From positions 62,001 to 126,000 of the forward strand of contig CDMY01000376.1 of NCBI GenBank assembly GCA_001179505.1: a stretch of 64,000 bases of DNA. The letters run 5' to 3'. The translations under genes and the position numbers were made by a program. The notes below the pieces were generated by a model. The model saw only the letters and a program-made list of their open reading frames with translations. It was not told the origin of the DNA and did not search any database. Numbering within the stretch: position 1 is the first letter of the stretch; each line of letters opens with the position of its first letter. This document shows positions 62,701 to 64,000 of this stretch, one piece after another. Source of the DNA: Vitrella brassicaformis CCMP3155 (lineage: Eukaryota > Protista > Chromerida).

Positions 62701-63349
62701 CACTCATGATCCATGCCGACCTCCCTCCCTCCCTCCCTCCCTCCCTCCCTCTCTCCCTCTCTCTCCTTCTCCCTGACCTTTTGGCTGGGCCCCGCCAGAA
62801 AATCTCCGCCCGCGAAACCTCCTAGGGCTCGTATACCCCCCTCCAGCTCCCCCTCCCCCTCTCCGCCCGACCAATCCATATCCAGACCGGCGCGTGGCCG
62901 CATGATGATGATGGTGGGTGAACCCGCCGCCCCCTCGTCGATATGGCGTACCGTTGCCGTCGTCAGGCGACCCGCCGCCATAGGATGACCGCTTGGCGGG
63001 GGAGCGGTGGTGCTCTGACGAGTCGTCGGTGCGGCGCCGGCTGTCGCCCTCTGTCCTGCGCGTGGTGGGTGCAACAGGAGTGTGATCAACCTGTGTGTGA
63101 CGTGACACACACAAAACATCAATCAGACATAAAAGACATATCAAGCATACGTACGTCAGACTGCCTATCTCGACCACTCACTCGTGCAGGCCAGCCAGGC
63201 ACATGCAATGCAGTCAGTGCAGGTCTTTAACCCACCTAACCCACCTGGTGCTTGCTACTAGTGTTGGCAGGCTGCAGCCGGGGCCACGTATCATCCTCCT
63301 CCTTCTGATCATCGCCGCCAGCGCTCCGCCCGAGTGCGCCCCCGGACAT
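59787..63349 (-). CDS. SLBP RNA-binding-domain protein with an RG-rich N-terminus, acidic middle and C-terminal coiled coil
   Basis: Exons 62613-62665, 62358-62459 and 62165-62233 give ELDEHRLLQRGRQIEIGK|DTEGYRQYSAHVPKDRRKPHWSDSLHPQTPNIHE|CCPKRHFDSRVRLWRRQLHLWDE, matching the SLBP RBD. Downstream exons join in phase; one junction near 60150-60230 is ambiguous. Confidence 0.85.
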
Positions 63350-64000
63350 AATGATCACGAAGCCGCAGACCTCGCTATTCAACCGCCGGGCACACCAAGG
63401 CCGATAATACCGCCATCAGAACGCATCAGGACGAAATGGGACGGGCAGATGATGCTGAATGCACTCGAATCCGGCTGTCTGCTCTTGGCGGTCGGCTTGT
63501 CAGTCGAGTGTTGGGGCAGCTGTGGCGACAATCTGTGGTTGCGATGGTGACAAACGCTTCGTGGATGCGCGGGATGCACACCGATAATGCTGAAGGGTGC
63601 TCTCGACGGGCGGGCTTCACGAGTACTTGCCCTGCACGTCCTCCAGCAGCGCTCCGTGCCACCGCCAAGGTCCAACGAGCGCTGCCCTCGGATCGAAGCG
63701 GGCTCGAAGCTCGCAACCAAGAAGGGAGAAAAGGAGGGAGAAAGAGGAGAAGAAAGCGAGCGTGTTCTCTTTATCTTCGCTTGTGATCTGTCAATCCCGT
63801 CGTCTTCACTTCCGGTCGGCACTTGCTGATGCATCACAGATGACCCGTCGGCAGCGCACGACAGCAGCAACTAGTATCGTCCCGTTTTGACCATTTTGAA
63901 TTCATCCTATCATCTTACTTATTCGTTCTCCCTTCTGAATCACGTGACCGACGTCAATTGCGTCTAGCCATCTGGTTTGATGGGGCTGTCCTTCTGCCAA

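Larger units (their letters stand above)
181..62770. repeat. Dispersed intronic/intergenic microsatellites: (GT)n/(CA)n, (CAGA)n/(TCTG)n, (GGAT)n/(CATC)n, (GA)n, (GAGG)n
   Basis: Present in most introns, e.g. 11885-11925, 15041-15070, 34641-34700, 47125-47165, 62721-62770. They generate most spurious CVCV/HTHT/MDGW ORFs. Confidence 0.95.

Noticed and set aside
1-64000. CRISPR arrays, rRNA, transposons
   Set aside because: No repeat-spacer periodicity, rRNA-like sequence or transposase/RT motifs seen. All tandem repeats are simple microsatellites or codon repeats (polyQ/A/G/P).

Overview
Eukaryotic, GC-rich, intron-dense genomic DNA with GT-AG introns full of (GT)n, (CAGA)n, (GGAT)n and (GA)n microsatellites. 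Bipartite plastid leaders, sterol biosynthesis and TSR adhesin modules point to a chromerid alga such as Vitrella brassicaformis (inference). I spliced about 26 protein-coding genes by hand, plus one intron-containing tRNA-Tyr(GUA). Seven 300-N assembly gaps sit beside poly-C/G runs. Recognisable genes: ABC1K kinase, multi-KH protein, Methyltransf_24 enzyme, THOC3-like WD40, membrane J-protein, MZT1, sterol C4-methyl oxidase, ankyrin protein, DBP8/DDX49, RING-H2 E3, POP7/Rpp20, DUF760, HflX and a Vti1-like SNARE. The most striking objects are mostly hidden from the ORF track by splicing: (1) a type-I membrane protein built as signal peptide + tocopherol-cyclase-like domain + 2 TSR + SEA-like domain + TM + tail; (2) an SLBP (histone stem-loop binding) domain on a long acidic/coiled-coil protein; (3) a stand-alone LOV photosensor; (4) an Orai-like 4-TM protein; (5) an AGATCT palindrome concentrated in short bidirectional promoters. 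All exon models are manual and untested against RNA data, and no database searches were run.
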